Below are positions 62,368 through 64,000 of a stretch of 64,000 nucleotides of DNA, one piece after another; the first letter of the stretch is position 1, and each line of letters starts with the position of its first letter. The stretch is from Mobula hypostoma (Eukaryota). The stretch is from contig NC_086097.1 in assembly GCF_963921235.1 (NCBI RefSeq), forward strand, positions 249,428,001-249,492,000, read 5' to 3'. The translations under genes and the position numbers were made by a program. Under the pieces are notes generated by a model, which saw only the letters and a program-made list of their open reading frames with translations, was not told where the DNA came from and did not search any database.

Positions 62368-64000
62368 AACATACATCAAAGTTGCTGGTGAACGCAGCAG
62401 GCCAGGCAGCATCTATAGGAAGAGGCGCAGTCGACGTTTCAGGCCGAGACCCTTCGTCAGGACTAACTGAAGGAAGAGTGAGTAAGCTGGAGGGGGAGGG
62501 GGAGATGCAAAATGATAGGAGAAGACAGGAGGGGGAGGGATGGAGCCAAGAGCTGGACAGGTGATAGGCAAAAGGGGATACGAGAGGATCATGGGACAGG
62601 AGGTCCGGGAAGAAAGACGGGGGGGGGGGGTGACCCAGAGGATGGGCAAGAGGTATATTCAGAGGGACAGAGGGAGAAAAAGGAGAGTGAGAGAAAGAAT
62701 GTGTGCATTAAAAAGAGTAACAGATGGGGTACGAGGGGGAGGTGGGGCCTAGCGGAAGTTAGAGAAGTCAATGTTCATGCCATCAGGTTGGAGGCTACCC
62801 AGATGGAATATAAGGTGTTGTTCCTCCAACCTGAGTGTGGCTTCATCTTTACAGTAGAGGAGGCCGTGGATAGACATGTCAGAATGGGAATGGGATGTGG
62901 AATTAAAATGTGTGGCCACTGGGAGATCCTGCTTTCTCTGGCGGACAGAGCGTAGATGTTCAGCAAAGCGGTCTCCCAGTCTGCGTCGGGTCTCACCAAC
63001 ATACCTCGACACTGTTTTATCACCCCTTGTTCAATCCCTTCCGACCTATGTTCATGACACTTCTCACGCTCTTAAACTTTTCGATGATTTTAAGTTCCCT
63101 GGCCCCCACCGCTTTATTTTCACCTTGGATGTCCAGTCCTTATATACTTCCATCCCCCATCAGGAAGGTCTCAAAGCTCTACGCTTCTTTTTGGATTCCA
63201 GACCTAATCAGTTCCCCTCTACCACCACTCTGCTCCGTCTAGCAGAATTAGTCCTTACTCTTAATAATTTCTCCTTTTGCTCCTCCCATTTCCTCCAAAC
63301 TAAAGGTGTAGCTATGGGCACCCGTATGGGTCCTAGCTATGCCTGCCTTTTTGTTGGGTTTGTGGAACAATCTTATGTTCCGTGCCTATTCTGGTATCTG
63401 TCCCCCACTTTTCCTTCGCTACATCGACGACTGCATTGGCGCTGCTTCCTGCACGCATGCAGAACTCGTTGACTTTATTAACTTTGCCTCCAACTTTCAC
63501 CCTGCCCTCAAGTTTACCTGGTCCATTTCTGACACCTCCCTCCCCTTTCTAGATCTTTCTGTCTCTGTCTCTGGAGACAGCTTATCCACTGATGTCTACT
63601 ATAAGCCTACTGACTCTCACAACTATCTGGACTATTCCTCTTCTCACCCTGTCTCTTGCAAAAACGCCATCCCCTTCTCGCAATTCCTCCGTCTCCGCCG
63701 CATCTGCTCTCAGGATGAGGCTTTTCATTCTAGGACGAGGGAGATGTCTTCATTTTTTAAAGAAAGGGGCTTCCCTTCCTCCACTATCAACTCTGCTCTT
63801 AAATGCATCTCCCCCATTTCACGTACATCTGCTCTCACTCCATCCTCCCACCACCCCACTAGGAATAGGGTTCCCCTGGTCCTCACCTACCACCCCACCA
63901 GCCTCCGGGTCCAACATATTATTCTCCGTAACTTCCGCCACCTCCAACGGGATCCCACCACTAAGCATATCTTTCCCTCCCCGCCTCTCTCTGCATTCCG
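62368..64000 (+). mobile_element. Penelope-like element with an inverted 5' terminal segment; runs off the window end
   Basis: 62368-62999 is the terminal repeat and GIY-YIG end on the minus strand. From ~63000 the plus strand encodes RT (FTLDVQSLYTSIPH, GVAMGTRMGPSYACLF, frameshift at ~63371, LRYIDDC). Nearly identical to 6692-8321. Confidence 0.93.
62429..62464 (-). ncRNA. Minimal type I hammerhead ribozyme motif, intact core, sense within a RECK intron
   Basis: Minus strand AGTC-CTGACGA-AGG gtctcgg CCT-GAAA-CGTC-GACT. Confidence 0.85.

Noticed and set aside
60858..64000. Orthologue of the amniote HH9 hammerhead of RECK
   Set aside because: HH9 lies in intron 6, upstream of this window, which begins in the intron before exon 15. 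The motifs here are minimal PLE-type ones embedded in clear PLE sequence.

Overview
This is eukaryotic, repeat-dense vertebrate DNA, most likely from a cartilaginous fish (shark or ray). That assignment is inferred from HE1/V-SINE-like elements, abundant CR1 and Penelope-like elements (PLEs), and the divergence of the RECK protein. The only host coding gene I can support is RECK on the minus strand: seven exons matching human exons 15-21 (60857 down to the stop at 19222), all GT-AG and in consistent phase, encoding Kazal-like domains and the GPI signal. A TE-free AT-rich block at ~11.15-12.5 kb, with a canonical minus-strand poly(A) site at 11347-11352, looks like the distal end of a ~8 kb RECK 3'UTR. 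A CpG island with NRF1/E-box/ETS motifs at ~6.23-6.62 kb, followed leftwards by a 1.6 kb strand-skewed C/T tract, looks like the promoter and first exon of a second, unidentified leftward gene. The rest is mostly nested transposons: CR1 LINEs (two near full-length), Rex1/Babar fragments, PLEs of two families, a Tc1 element, a SPIN/GTF2IRD2-like hAT element, MITEs and SINEs. The most notable non-coding signal is a set of minimal dimer-type hammerhead ribozyme motifs in the PLE terminal repeats; two are perfect and one lies sense within a RECK intron. Also notable are a PLE inserted into an older PLE terminus and an apparent compound element bounded by two tiny Tc1-type MITEs. No prokaryotic-type systems (CRISPR, operons, rRNA) are present, and most ORF-track entries are TE fragments or noise.
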